From the NCBI RefSeq assembly GCF_963921235.1, contig NC_086107.1:114454001-114518000 (forward strand): a DNA stretch of 64,000 nucleotides, written 5' to 3'. This stretch comes from Mobula hypostoma (Eukaryota). Positions 48,996 to 61,204 of this stretch are shown one piece after another. Position numbers and translations under genes: made by a program. Position 1 is the first letter of the stretch; every line of letters starts with the position of its first letter. The notes under the pieces were generated by a model. It did no database searches. It was not told the origin of the DNA and saw only the letters and a program-made list of their open reading frames with translations.

Positions 48996-50699
48996 GATTC
49001 AGAAAGTTCCTCTGCATCGGGATTGCTGCATTCAGATCTGGTCACCCCCATTACAGGGAGAGTGTGGCGGCTTTGGCAGGGTGGAGAAGAGGCTGACCAG
49101 GATGCTGCTTGGCTTAGAGGGCGTAAGTGTTAAGGAGAGGTCAGACAAACGTGGGTTGTTTTCTCTGGAGTGACAGAGGCTGAGGGGAGATCTGACAGGT
49201 CTGTAAGATTATGAAAGGCACAGAACAGACAGCTGTTATCTTTCATTTGTACTTGTACAATTGAACCACTCTTATCTCCATGATTTCAGAACAGCTTCTT
49301 CCCCTCTGTAATCACATTTCTGAACGGTCCATTACGGCTTATGAGAGGCATAGAGAGAAATAAAAGATACTCTATCTCTACAGGTTATCTCCAAGCCTTT
49401 CTTATCTTAAACTTTCGGAACACTCAACGATTCCAGAAGAGCATTGTCCTCTCCTCCACTAGATTTCCAAAAGGTCCAAGAACTCGTGAACACTACCTCG
49501 TTATTTCATTTTACACGTCTGAACTGAACTGCCACCACAAAACAAACTTCACATTGTAACAAACCTGATTCCACTTCCCGTTACCCTCCAAGAACCACTG
49601 CACAATGCTCGTCACACATTTTACTCATTGGCGGTGGGGCTACCAGTGGGTGGGGAAGTTCAGAACACACCAGGAGGGATAAGGCACATCAGCCTCAACG
49701 GGGATGGGGGTCCAGGCAGAAAACACAGTACAAAGTAGTACAACTTCACTACTTTGTACACCCCCCGGTCCTTAGGGATACCGCACCCTGTCCTTTCCTC
49801 ACCACGCCCACCCCCCCACAAACCATGCACCTCAGAATCAGAATATCACTGACACAGACCATGAAATCTGTTACTTTGCTGCAGCAACTCCAGGATGTTC
49901 GTAAGTTACAAAAATAAATGAATACTGCAAAGGAGCCATAACAAGGTGGTGTTCACATGTGCATGGTCTGATAGCAGAGGAGAAGAAACTGTTCCTACAA
50001 CATTGAGTGTGGGTCTTCAGGCTCCTGCACTCTCCCCGATGGTAGTAATGAGACGAGGGTCCTTAATGATGGATGCTACCTAACGGAGGTACTGTCACTT
50101 GAAGAAGGGCAGAAGAGTTGTGCAGCCCACCCACTCACTCCAGCACCGGGACACGGCAGCAGCCTGTACCATCTACAGGAGGCACTGCAGCAGCTCACCA
50201 AGGCCTCTCGGAGAGACACCTCACAACCCAACAACTCTCCCACCAAGGACATGGACAGCAAAAGCACAGAGAACACCAGGCCTGCCGGAGGTTGCCCTCC
50301 AAGCAACGCAGCACCCAGACTTGGAAAAACGTCACCCTTCCTTCACTATCGCTGGGTGGCAAGCCCACAACTCCCTCCCACCTGCCATCAACTGACTACT
50401 CAACAGCAACTAAATGCTGCCCCAGCTGGTGAAGACCACACCCATGAATAAATACAAGAGAAATATATTTGGCAGGTTGGGAAAACTGAAGAAAAACTGT
50501 CCCATTTCTGTCCAGATCCACAAACCCAGCCCCAATTCCTGGATCATTTGAAAAAATAGATCAACTTTCTCTTTTGATACCTCAACAATCCAACCTTCAC
50601 AACCAGCCAAGATGGAGAATTCCAGCCTCCTGAGAGAGGTTAGTGCATACTTCAGTTTTAACCGATTACTCCCTTATAACCACCCCTGTGATGCTGAAT

Positions 50700-51435
50700 A
50701 TGTACTTTCTCATGGCCTCAGGATGCAAAGCGATACCCCTTATTCTTCTAAATGATGCATCGGTACATCGTCCACTCACCGATAATCAACACAGGTGCAC
50801 ATCAAGGATGCCTGCTCTCATGACGTGGGGGTAAACTCAGCTCAAACACCATCTATAAATTCACCAACAGCACCATTGTTATTGGTAGACGAGGTGGTGT
50901 ACAGGAGTGAGAAAGATGAGCTGGTTGAAAGGAGTAGCAGTAACCACAACGCACTCGATGTCAGCAAGATCAAGGAATTGATTGTGAACCTCAGGGTGAA
51001 CACACACCAGTACTCATCCAGGGATCAGCAGTGGAAATGGAGAGCAGCTTCAAGTTCTTGGATGTCAACATCTTTGGGCCCAACATATTGATGCAATCAT
51101 TAAGAAAGCACACCAGCGACGATACTTAATTAGGAGTTTGAGGAGATTTGGTGTGTCAACAAAGGCACTCACAGATTTGCTTACGTACACGGTGCAGAGC
51201 ATTCAGAGTTACATCACTACGTGGCATCATTCTAATACAAAGGATCAAGAGACTGCGGAGTATCACAAACTCAGCCAGCAACATCATGGTCACCTTCATC
51301 AGGCTGTGCTGCAAGAAGGCAATATCCACCGCTAAGGACGTGCCTTCTTCTCACTACTACTATCAGAAAGGAAGTACAAGAGCCTGAAGACTCACTCAGC
51401 GATTCACGCAGCTTCTTTCCTTCTAAATGGTTCAC
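50700..51435 (+). mobile_element. Decayed Rex1/Babar-type LINE
   Basis: NHNALDVSKIKELIVN and RRFGVSTKALT remnants. Confidence 0.75.
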
Positions 51436-51449
51436 AAAACCACAAACAC

Positions 51450-52390
51450 TACTCTGAATCAGGTTTATTATTAACGGCATGTTATGTGTCGTGAAATTTG
51501 TTAGCAGTTCAATGCAATACGTAACATAGAACAAAAAAAGAGTAAATCAATTACTGTATATGTATACTGAATAGATTCAAAATCCTGCAAAAACAGAATA
51601 TATTTTTAAAAAAGTGAGGTAGTGTTCACTGGTTCAATGTCCATTTAGGAATCGGATGGCAGAGGGGAAGAAGCTGTTCCTGAATCGCTGAGTGTGTGTC
51701 TTCAGGCTTCTGTATCTCCTACCTGATGGTAACAGTGAGAAAAGGGCATGCCCTGGGTGCTGGAGATCTTTAATAATGGACGCTGCCTTTCTGAGATACC
51801 GCTCCGTGAAGATGTCCTGGGTACTTTGTAGGCTAGTGCCCAAGATGGAGCTGACATTCACAACGCTCTGCAGCTTCTTTTGGTCCTGTGCAGCAGCCCC
51901 TCCATACCAGACAGTGATGCAGCCTGTCAGAATGCTCTCCACAGTACATCTACAGTCGTTTTTGAGTGTTTTTGTTGACGTACCAAATCTCTTCAAACTC
52001 CATTCTAATGAAGTATAGCCACTGTCTTGCCTTCTTTATGACTGCATCGATATGTTGGAACCAGGTTAGATCCTCAGAGATCTTGACACCGAGAAACTTG
52101 AAGCTGCTCACTCTCTCCACTTCTGATCCCTCTATGAGGATTGGTATGTGCATCTTCGTTTTACCCTTCCTGAAGTCCACAATCAGCTCTTTCGTCTCAC
52201 TGACGTTGTGCCAGGTTGTTGCTGTGCCACCACCTGACTAGTCGGCTTATCTCGCTCCTGTAATCCCTCTCGCCACTACCTGAGATTCTACCAACAATGG
52301 TTCTATTGTCAGCAAACGTATAGATGGTATTTGAGCTATGCCTAGCCAGACAGTCATGGGCATAGAGAGAGTAGAGCAGTGGGCTTCACC
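51450..52390 (-). mobile_element. Rex1/Babar-type LINE 3' part
   Basis: DFRKGK...VERVSSFKFLGVKISEDLTW; RCTVESILTGCITVWYG...HPGHALFSLLPSGRRYRSLKTHTQRFRNSFFPSAIR. Confidence 0.9.
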
Positions 52391-53299
52391 ATTCCTTTCT
52401 CATGCACCATTCAGTTTTATAATTTACGGTAATTACACGTCACTGCAGCCACAAAACAACAAATTTCACAGCATACAAGTCAGTGATAATAAAGCCAATT
52501 CGTGGACCGAAATCTCAGCTGCTGGTCCAAGACGTCTGCTGCTCAGCAGGACTCAAGTGTGGCCCCAGGTATACACAGACGAATTATTTTACCTGATGCA
52601 GGAGGGAGAATGGTGGAAAAAGTAATCTAGCTGGAGAGGATGCAGAAGATATTCGAAATCTATCTTACTGCCTTCTCCCATATACCTGCATCCTCACCAC
52701 ATCCCTCCCATCCAGGTCCCGCCACTGCCTTGTAAGGAGTTTGTATGTTCTCCCCGTGACCGTGCGAGTTTCCTCCCACAATCCAAGGACGTAGATTGTT
52801 AGCAGACTGATTGATCACTGTAAATTGTCCCATGGTCAGGTTGTGATTAAATCAGCGGTTGCTGGGCAATGTAGCTTGAAGGGCTGGACCGGCCTATTCT
52901 GCACTGTACATTAACAACAAAATACACCTATCCAGGCTTCTCATTAATGCTACAATTGATCCCACTTCAACTATTTCCACTGGCAGCTCGTGCACACTGA
53001 GTAAGAAAGATCCCCCTCAGATTCTCCTTAAACATTTCACCTTTCACCCTAAACCTATGACCTCTAGCTCACCCAAGCTGAGGAGGAAAAGGCCTGCATG
53101 CATTCATATACTCCTCCTAATGTTGTAAACCTCTCAATAAGATCGCCCCTCATTCTCCAGTGCTTCAAGGGTCTAACCCCGCTGAGTTTAACCCCTACCC
53201 CTGTATTCAATTCCCCTCCCTCCCCTTGTTCTCTCAAGTTTTTAACCCCTTCCCATCTCCCTCCTCCGGGGTTGCACCCCCTCACCCCTTCTCCTCCAG

Positions 53300-54600
53300 G
53301 AGCTTCATCCCGCGATTTAACCTCCCCCTCCCTACCACCAGCACCCCCTTTCTCCGCTCACCTGTCCGCCGCTCTCCTGCTCCTCATCCTCGGGCCCCAG
53401 CGCCATGTCAGGGCGATGCGGCGGAGCGGGCCTGGGCCATTTCCCCTGCTCGGCCGGCCGGCCGGCTCCGGGGGGAGGGGGGTGGCGTGTGCCCCGGTCC
53501 CCCACCACCCGCCGCCGCCAGGAGAATTTAAAAACCAGACGATGTCTCTCACCCCCACTTCACCTCAAGCACTGAGCGACAAAATTTTTTAAAAAGTAAC
53601 TTTCCCCTCCCCACCACCCCACCCCCCTGGTGGGACGGCGGCTCTGCGCAGCCCCACCCGCCTTCACATCGCCCCCCTGCCCCTCAGCTACCGCCCGCAG
53701 CACCGCGGCCCCTTCGCCGCTCCTCCGCTTCGCTCCATTATGTCTCCATCATGGCGGCGGCTGGCCTTCCGTCGGTCCGTACTCCCTCCCTCCCCGCCCG
53801 CCCGCCCCAACTTCCCAGACAGCACGCAGATGCCGAGCGCCAGAGGGCCGTCGGGAAATGTGGTTCATACGGCAGACAGCGGACTGGGGGCAAGGGCAAA
53901 GTGGACTACACTTCCCGGCGGGCACTACGGTCAGAGCACTGAGCGGGCAGCCGGCTGTCCCCACGTGCGGTGGCCAACGGGAAGTGTAGTTCAATAGCCT
54001 AGGAGCCTAGCGAAGTGTAGTGGGCAGTTGACAACATTTCCCGGCGGGCACCACGGCTACGGAAGCTGGGCAGGTAGCAGACGCTCCTCTAACCACGGTG
54101 TCCGTCGGTAAGTGCAGTCCTGCCAGCCACCCTCTCCTATACAGTAATTGCCTTCAGCCTTCCAAAATACATTCCCGCCCGGCATTTTGGTAAGAGAGCC
54201 TCGCTGACGGAGCTGGCAGTACGGCCATGGGGGCTGGGCAGGCGGCGGAATCTCCGCCGGGCGTGGTGTCCACTGGGAAGTATAGTTTACGACGGTGGAT
54301 AGGTTTAAACGACAACAAATCCCGGTGGGCAACTTGGCACTGAGAAATGGACAGGTCGCAGACTCAAATCGCGCGGTGACCGCCGGGATATGTAGTTTTC
54401 TTAGCCTGTAGAAACGGGAAGAGTGTGGGAGCAGAACTGCAACCCCCAGCGGCCACCGCGGGAATCTAGCACCGCCCGTCCCTGGCCCTCCGAGTGCCCC
54501 GGGACCACCAGAGCAGTAACTGCAACATCCCATTGACTGGCATCGCCTCATCTCCGGCTGATGGCACCGGTGTCTCCGTCAGCCTTCAGCATCTGTCCAC
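53300..54600. promoter_or_regulatory. CpG-island promoter of FBXL19 with ZNF143/THAP11-type, YY1-like and E-box motifs
   Basis: High GC and CpG density around exon 1; ACTACAnnTCCC-like motifs at 53905, 53979, 54031, 54273, 54312, 54385; catcATGGCGGC at 53747; CACGTG at 53962. Confidence 0.85.
53362..53406 (-). CDS. FBXL19: FBXL19 putative coding exon 1 (MALGPEDEEQESGGQ)
   Basis: ATG in strong context (gacATGG) inside a CpG island; ends CAG|gtgagc in phase 0, in frame with the acceptor at 44834. Confidence 0.75.
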
Positions 54601-54854
54601 TTGCAAACACGTCCCAACAGGTTCAAGCTCAAGTACGCCGAGCTCTTAACCACACACACAATCTACGGTGATATGATCTTAACCTTGTCCACCGCCCTTG
54701 TACAGTTTATGTTGCATTTTGTTCTTTGGTTCCTTTTAGCCGAGTCTGCTCCTGGGGATAAGCTCCCACTGCCTATGAAATGCTCCCAATCAACACACAC
54801 AAAAATGCTGGAGGAAAGCAGGTCGGACAGCACGGATGGAAATGAATAAAGTCC

Positions 54855-55720
54855 TCATTTAAATAAAGTTCATCTTCAAAAACCTAAAAAGTCTGGAGGT
54901 TTAGCCTTACCCAATTTTAGGTTTTATTACTGGGCAGTTAATATACGATATCTTACGTTTTGGCTATATTATATTAATCGTGTCGACTGTCCGGTATGGG
55001 TTTCTTTGGAAGCTAACTCTGCTAATAAATTTTCTATTATTTCTCTTCTTGGATCCTCAATTCCTTTATTTGTAAGTAAACTAACTGATAATTTAATAGT
55101 TAAACATACTGAGAATTTTGGATACAATTTAGAAAACATTTAGGTATATTGAGATTTTCCCTTTCTAGTCCCACTTATTCTAATTTTTTTAAACCCTCCA
55201 TGACTGACATATTTTGGCCTTTAGCTCTCTTATAGCTAGGAGGGTGCTTTTGTTTAAATGGGAAGATGTTTTTCCTCCTACTCATGCTCAATGGTTATGT
55301 GATGTTATGTCATGCTTAGATTTAGAGGTTCATTGTTCAATTTCTGAATCTCGTCAAGACTTTCAAACATTTTGGGGACCCTTTCTGAATTATTTTCAAA
55401 ACTTTCAAAACCCTCAACTCATTGTTTAAATTCAGATGTTGGCTATTATTAAATTTTTTATTATACGAGAAAGTATTTTACCTTTTTTCTCCTTAATAAA
55501 CAGCTTCAGTCTTAGTAGGGGTTAGACTTTTTTTGTAATGAATTAGTGTATTTTAATATAACTACTGACTAACTTACATGAATACAGGGTAATGAGATTG
55601 TTATTATGAATAGATATAACATAATTGGTAGGTTTTTAAAAAATTTTTTTTGACCTTTTATATACACTTTCTTGTACTCTGTATTCTTCTATGTAGAAAC
55701 CAATAAAAAAAAATTGAAAC
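54855..55720 (+). mobile_element. Internally deleted L1/Tx1-type LINE 3' fragment
   Basis: GGLALPNFRFYYWA at ~54895; LIARRVLLFKW...PPTHAQW...WGPFLNYF; ends in AATAAAAAAAAA. Confidence 0.8.
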
Positions 55721-55729
55721 AGTAAGCTC

Positions 55730-55995
55730 ATGTAGGTGAGGGAAATCCCTGATCCCAAACCTCCGCTGCCTTGCGGCTACACCCACTCATGGGGAAGGCT
55801 TTGGGAGTAAACCCTGGGGGGGGGGGGAAGAACTGGGAGCTGGAGTCCCTCAGGCATTCCGACATTGAGTTAACTCCTGTGACGCTGTATTGGTCTCTGC
55901 CGTTCCTTTGGGATTCATCAAATGTGTGGAGAGGGGGAGCTTGCTCACCATATTGTACTGCCCTGGCTTTACTCAACATCCAGGGTCAACCCTGA
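55730..55995 (+). mobile_element. Unclassified dispersed repeat, possibly RTE-related; copies at 62520-62870 (+) and 2100-2310 (-)
   Basis: Shared CAAACCTC.GCTGCCTTGC and GGTCTC.GCCGTTCCTTTGGG.TTCATC blocks in three places. Confidence 0.65.
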
Positions 55996-58504
55996 CCAAC
56001 GGGGGGGGGGGGGGCTCAAGTTGTTTTTCCTTGTCCGACCTCAGTGTGCAAGAAATTGAGCAGCATGGCTGGCGCACAAAAGAGTTTCCCACTGCACATG
56101 GCACATACAAACCAATTTATTTGATGCTGTGATGCTACTGTGAGGAGTCATTCACTACACTTGTGCACATCACAATGAACTTTGACTTTAATGCATTCTA
56201 CTAGCTAGTATAGAAAAATAGACTCAACCTTACAACCCAGCTCATCTTAGACACCAGCACTGCACTTTCTCTGTAGCTGTTGCACTTTATTCTGCATTCT
56301 GTTATCACTTTACCTCGTTCTACCTCGATGCACTGAGTAAAGAATTCATTCGTTCCATTTAATATCAGGGAAATGTTTAAAATATACATCCTGAAATTCT
56401 TGTTCTTCGCAGACAGCCACGAAAACAGAAGAGTGCCCCAAAGAATGAGTGACAGTAAAAACGTTAGATTCCCAAAGCCCCCTCTACTCCTCCCACCCAA
56501 GCACAAACAGCAAAGCAACGACTCCCCCCACCCCCACTAACTTCAGCAAAAGAAGCATCAGCACCCTCCACCTAACAAGCAATAGCAAAGCCCCCGAGAA
56601 AGACCATGGTCTGCAGTAAAGCAGAAACTAATTGTTCCCCCCACCAGACTCTACCTCTCCCTAATAAAGGGACAGGGAACTGTTTGCTATTGAAGCTTCG
56701 TACAGGTGACAATAATAGGCCCAATTAACACCGAGTATCCAGGACATCTTCAAGGAACAACGCCTCAAAAAGTTGGCGACCATTATTAAGGACCCCCATC
56801 GCCCAGGTCATACCCTGTTCTCATTGTTGCCATCTGGAAGGAGGTGAGAAGGCACACACTCAACAATTCAGACACAGATTCTTTTACCAGAAGGAGATAT
56901 CGATATATCATCAGGTTGGAGGTTACCCACTCAGAATATAAAGTGTTGCTCCTCCACTTTGAGGGTCATCTAATCTGTATGTACTTTCATTATCTTAGAA
57001 GCCTCAATCACATCTGCCCTCAGCCTCTGCCGTGCCAGAGAGAAAAAACAAAACCAGTTTGCACAACCTTTCCTTGCAGTTTATAGCTTCTAATCCAGGC
57101 AGCATCCTCAGCATAGACTCAATACCTCCCACAGGGCAGCCACAACTTCATACAAAGCTCCCAATGCAGCCTGCAGCCTCAATGTGATGTCCCAACTCTG
57201 TATTCAACGCCTCGACCGATGAAAGCAAGTGTGCTTGCACGCACCTTACCTTCTTTGAGCATTTTCTGGGAGACGTGGACGTGGACCACAAGATGCCTCT
57301 CTACAGTGACACTGTAGATGGTTCCAGCCATTACAGTGTACTCTTGCTGCACACTTGACCACAGCAACAAATCACCGCTCCCCAACATGGACCAACTACC
57401 CACAGACTGTGCTGCTACTGGCCCTTCAGCCTGTGCGCTCTGTGCTGGCGTTGGGTAAAGTGGTTTGGAGCCACACAAGTCACACACCTCCACTCCTCGG
57501 TCTCCAGGAGCCCCCCGAAAGCCCATCAATGCTTAGTGTTACTGTTTCATTCCCTCCATCCCCCTTACGTCCCATCCACCCTCCCTCTTTCACTCTAAAC
57601 CATCCTACTCCACCTTCCTCTCTCTCCCTGTCCCTCCTTCCTTCCACCCCCTCCCCCACCTCCCCAGCCCCCTCCCTCCCCCCACCTACACCCGCCCCTT
57701 CCTCCCCCACTCCCCAACACCCCTCCCTCCCAGCCTCCTTCTTCCCCCTCCCCAGTCCCCCTCTGTTCCTCCCCAGCCCCCTCCCTTCCTCCCCCTCCCT
57801 CCCTAGCCCCCCCTCCATTATATCACATTCTCCCTGCCTCCCCCCACCCCTTTCCCCTTTTCAATCACGTCACATTGTTCCTGCCTCCCCCCCCCCCACC
57901 CCGGCCCGTCCCAAACAGAGAAAGCAGGATGCGGGATTGGAGACGCTATGGTTTAATGAGTTAGAGGGTGTCTTGCCGTGCCAGGAAGGCAGGTGTGTAG
58001 CAAGGCTGGGCCAGCGGCGGAGGACGGAGTGCGGTGTGGTGGGGAATGTGTCCTCGCCACCCTCGGTACAGGATCCCAGTGGGAGCAGACTCCTAGCTGC
58101 AAGCAGTTGGGGTGGGGAAAGGGAGATTCGGTTAACCCCCTCCCTGTGCTCCTGCATCAACTCCCAGCTCACTCTCTGCACCCCACCCCCATACAGGCCC
58201 CATTTTTCCAGCCAGAATCCAGGGGAGAGCAGTGGGGTAAGAGGTGAGCCTGTGAAGGGAAGGGGGAAAGGGAGGGAGGAGATTCTGGAGTTGAGATCCT
58301 GAAAATGGAGAGGGGAGGGGATAAGGCAGGTAAGATAAGAAGCTGAAGAAGGAGGGAGGGGAGGAGACTGGGGCAAAGGAGCAGTCGGGGAGAGCGGGGT
58401 GGGTGGAGGCAAGAAGAGGGTGGAAGAGAAAGGGAGGGGCAAGGGGGCAAGAGGAGTGGGCCCCCGATACCCCAACTTCCACAGACCCGTGTCGGTGTTA
58501 GAGA

Positions 58505-59215
58505 GAGACAGTGTGGAGGTTTCCACACGTGTGTTGAAGGGAAAGGCGTGGGAATTCCTGCATTCAGAGCGGAACAGTGTGGAAATTTCTTCTCCGGTCA
58601 GAGGGAACACTCGAATGATACACACAGAGGAGTAGTCAGGAAATTCCCACATACACGTTGAGAAATGGTCTATGAATTTCTGCATGCTCGTCAGAGGCAA
58701 ATGGTCAGGAAATTCCAACACGTGACTTGGAGAGGAATAATATGGAAATTCCTACTCGCCTGCTGGAGAGGCACATGCAGAAAATTGCTATTTGGGAATG
58801 ATCGGGAAATTTCTACGAGTAGGTCAGAAGGGAATGGAATGGAATCGCCTACATGCGTTGGAAAGGCACAGGCAGAAAATATCTACACATTTAGGAAGGC
58901 AATGGTGTGGAAACGTCCACACGAACCAGGGAAGGGGTGGAAGTTCCTACGTGTGGCAGAGTAGAGTATCAGGAAGTACCCACATACATGTTTGTGGAGA
59001 ATGCTTAATCTTCCACACTCACACCTGAGGGAAATGGAAATTTCCCACATGTGTGTTGTGGGAATAAGGAAATCCCCTCATGCACGTCAGGAGGTAGTGA
59101 TGCAGAAACCTTCACATGTCAGAAGTGAATGTTGCAGGAATTCCCATAGGGGTGTTGTGTGATTGTGCACAGATTCCCACATGTCGGAAGGGAATGGCAA
59201 GAACCCTTCTGTCTC
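58505..59215. repeat. Degenerate ~33-bp tandem repeat with GGAAATTCC core
   Basis: Cores at 58550, 58581, 58639, 58708, 58744, 58804, 58939, 59036, 59068, 59136, with weaker copies in between. Confidence 0.75.
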
Positions 59216-59574
59216 ATGTCAGTGGCGTAGAGGACCCAACACTCCCACCGTGGAGTGTACAGTCCAGGAAGCTCTCCCTGGCCAAGCCAACTCCTTTGCC
59301 CTCCCACAATGGAGTGGATACAGGAGGTGGGTGGTCCTGAGAACATTAGTGATTCCAGAGAGGCCGCGATATTGTCGATCCGGAAGCAGCCTTGACGATT
59401 GGGATGGGGGGAGTGGGTGGATGGATGGTGGTCTAGGAGCCTCCGAACAACTGGGGAGACCATATCCTCACTGGCAACGAGTCCATTGGAGAGGAGATTG
59501 TGCTGGGGAGCCTGTTTAATTCAGTGTCCCTCGAGAACAGGGAGGGATGTAGGAACTTGGAAACGGCCTCACCA

Positions 59575-60510
59575 GTCATGAATTAGTTGAAGTTGGAGGA
59601 TTGAGGTGGTGTGGTTGGTGATGGAATGGTGTTGGACGATTGAGACGGCTGGTTGGAGGATGAAGAGTGGTCTGGGATTTCAGAACAGCCTCATTGGCAA
59701 TGTATCAGTCACAGAGGAAATGATGTAGGAGGACTGGCAATCAATTAGTTGGAGGAACTTGATGAACTGGTCTGGGGATGGGGAGATTCTGACACAACCT
59801 CATGGGTGATGGACTAGTTAGAGACAAAGCTTTGTCGGGGTATTGTGATCTTCTGGCTAGCGATTTATTAATTGGAGATGGAATGTTGCTGGAGGACTGT
59901 TCAAGTCCATGGTCATTTAGGGATGGAGAATGGTCCAAGGATTTTGATACAGTCGCATTGGCGATAAAGTAGTTGGATACAAAATGGCAATGGAGGATGG
60001 ATTTGGTCTGGCTGAGTCAGTATCCAATATTGATATGGCCTAGTTGGTGATGTACTAACTGACAAAGAAATGCTGTCGAAGGATTGAAATGGCCTGGTTT
60101 GGGTCCATGGTCATTTGGGACAGGAAAGAGTCCCAAGAACTTTGATATAGCTCCTCGGTGATAAACTAGTTGGAGAACAAATTATTTTGGAAGATGGAAT
60201 TAGTCTGGTTGGGTCAGTGTTCATTTGGAAACAGCACTGAAGGACTGAAATGGCCTCATTGATGTAGTAGTAGTTGGAAGTGAAATGCTGTTGGAAGATC
60301 GAATTGGCCTGGTTGGATCAGTGGTCATTTGGGGATGAGGAATGGTACATGAATATTGATACAGCCTTATTGGCAAAGAACTCGTTGAAGAAGCAGTGGT
60401 AGCATATTGAGATTGCCTTCCAGATGATATATTAGTTGCAGAGAAAATGGTACTGGATGACTGGGATTCCTTGGTTGGGGTGGGTGGTGCTGATATTTTG
60501 ATATGGTCTC
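59575..60510. repeat. Old degenerate tandem repeat, ~85-140 bp irregular units
   Basis: Recurring TAGTTGGA, GGCCTGGTTGG, GTGGTCATTTGG and TTGATA(C/T)AG blocks. Confidence 0.6.
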
Positions 60511-60920
60511 CTTGCTGACGTATCAGTTGGTGAGAGGGTGCTGTTGGGAGTACTGTAAGAGGCCCGCTGGCCGGCGGTGAGCCGAAAAGGAGTAGCAAGC
60601 TGGCCCTGGCTGGCAGTGAATTGACCGGGACTGGGAGGGATGACCAGAGGTTGAGTGGATGCTAGCAGCTCAAGGCTTTCCCAGTGGACTCCTCAGCTTC
60701 AGAGATATCGAGGTACAAAGCCTGAAGCAGCCTTCCTGACGAGGGTCTAATGGGGAGGGAATGGGGGTGGAGGTGGGTTGGAAGGGATGCCTGATCTCTA
60801 CCTGGTCTTGTTGACCAATGATAATGAGAAGGGATGCCTGAGAGTCTGCTTAACTTCTCTCTCCCTCTCTGTCCCAGGGCACACCACAGCACGGTGGGGA
60901 GAGTCCGAGGGTCTCCCAGG

Positions 60921-61097
<177 letters not shown>

Positions 61098-61204
61098 TCA
61101 AGCAGGGGAGTGGAAAGGAGGACAGGTTTAGCACGCAAGGTGGGGTGGCAGAACTACGGGAAGGTGGGGGAGTGGTGCAGGATAGGCCGATTGGGTGGGA
61201 TTCT

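Noticed and set aside
10791..53406. Calling the gene KDM2A or KDM2B
   Set aside because: No JmjC exons between exon 1 and BCKDK; peptides ([36 protein letters not shown]) and linkage to BCKDK favour FBXL19.
57315..58721. ORFs of 283-315 aa around 57.3-58.7 kb
   Set aside because: Driven by polypyrimidine/polypurine low-complexity tracts, with no recognisable domain.
60747..60801. 55-nt GT-AG mini-intron in the BCKDK 3' UTR and the ORF ending LYLDISEAEESTGKALSC
   Set aside because: Shorter than typical vertebrate minimum intron size; the peptide resembles nothing I recognise.
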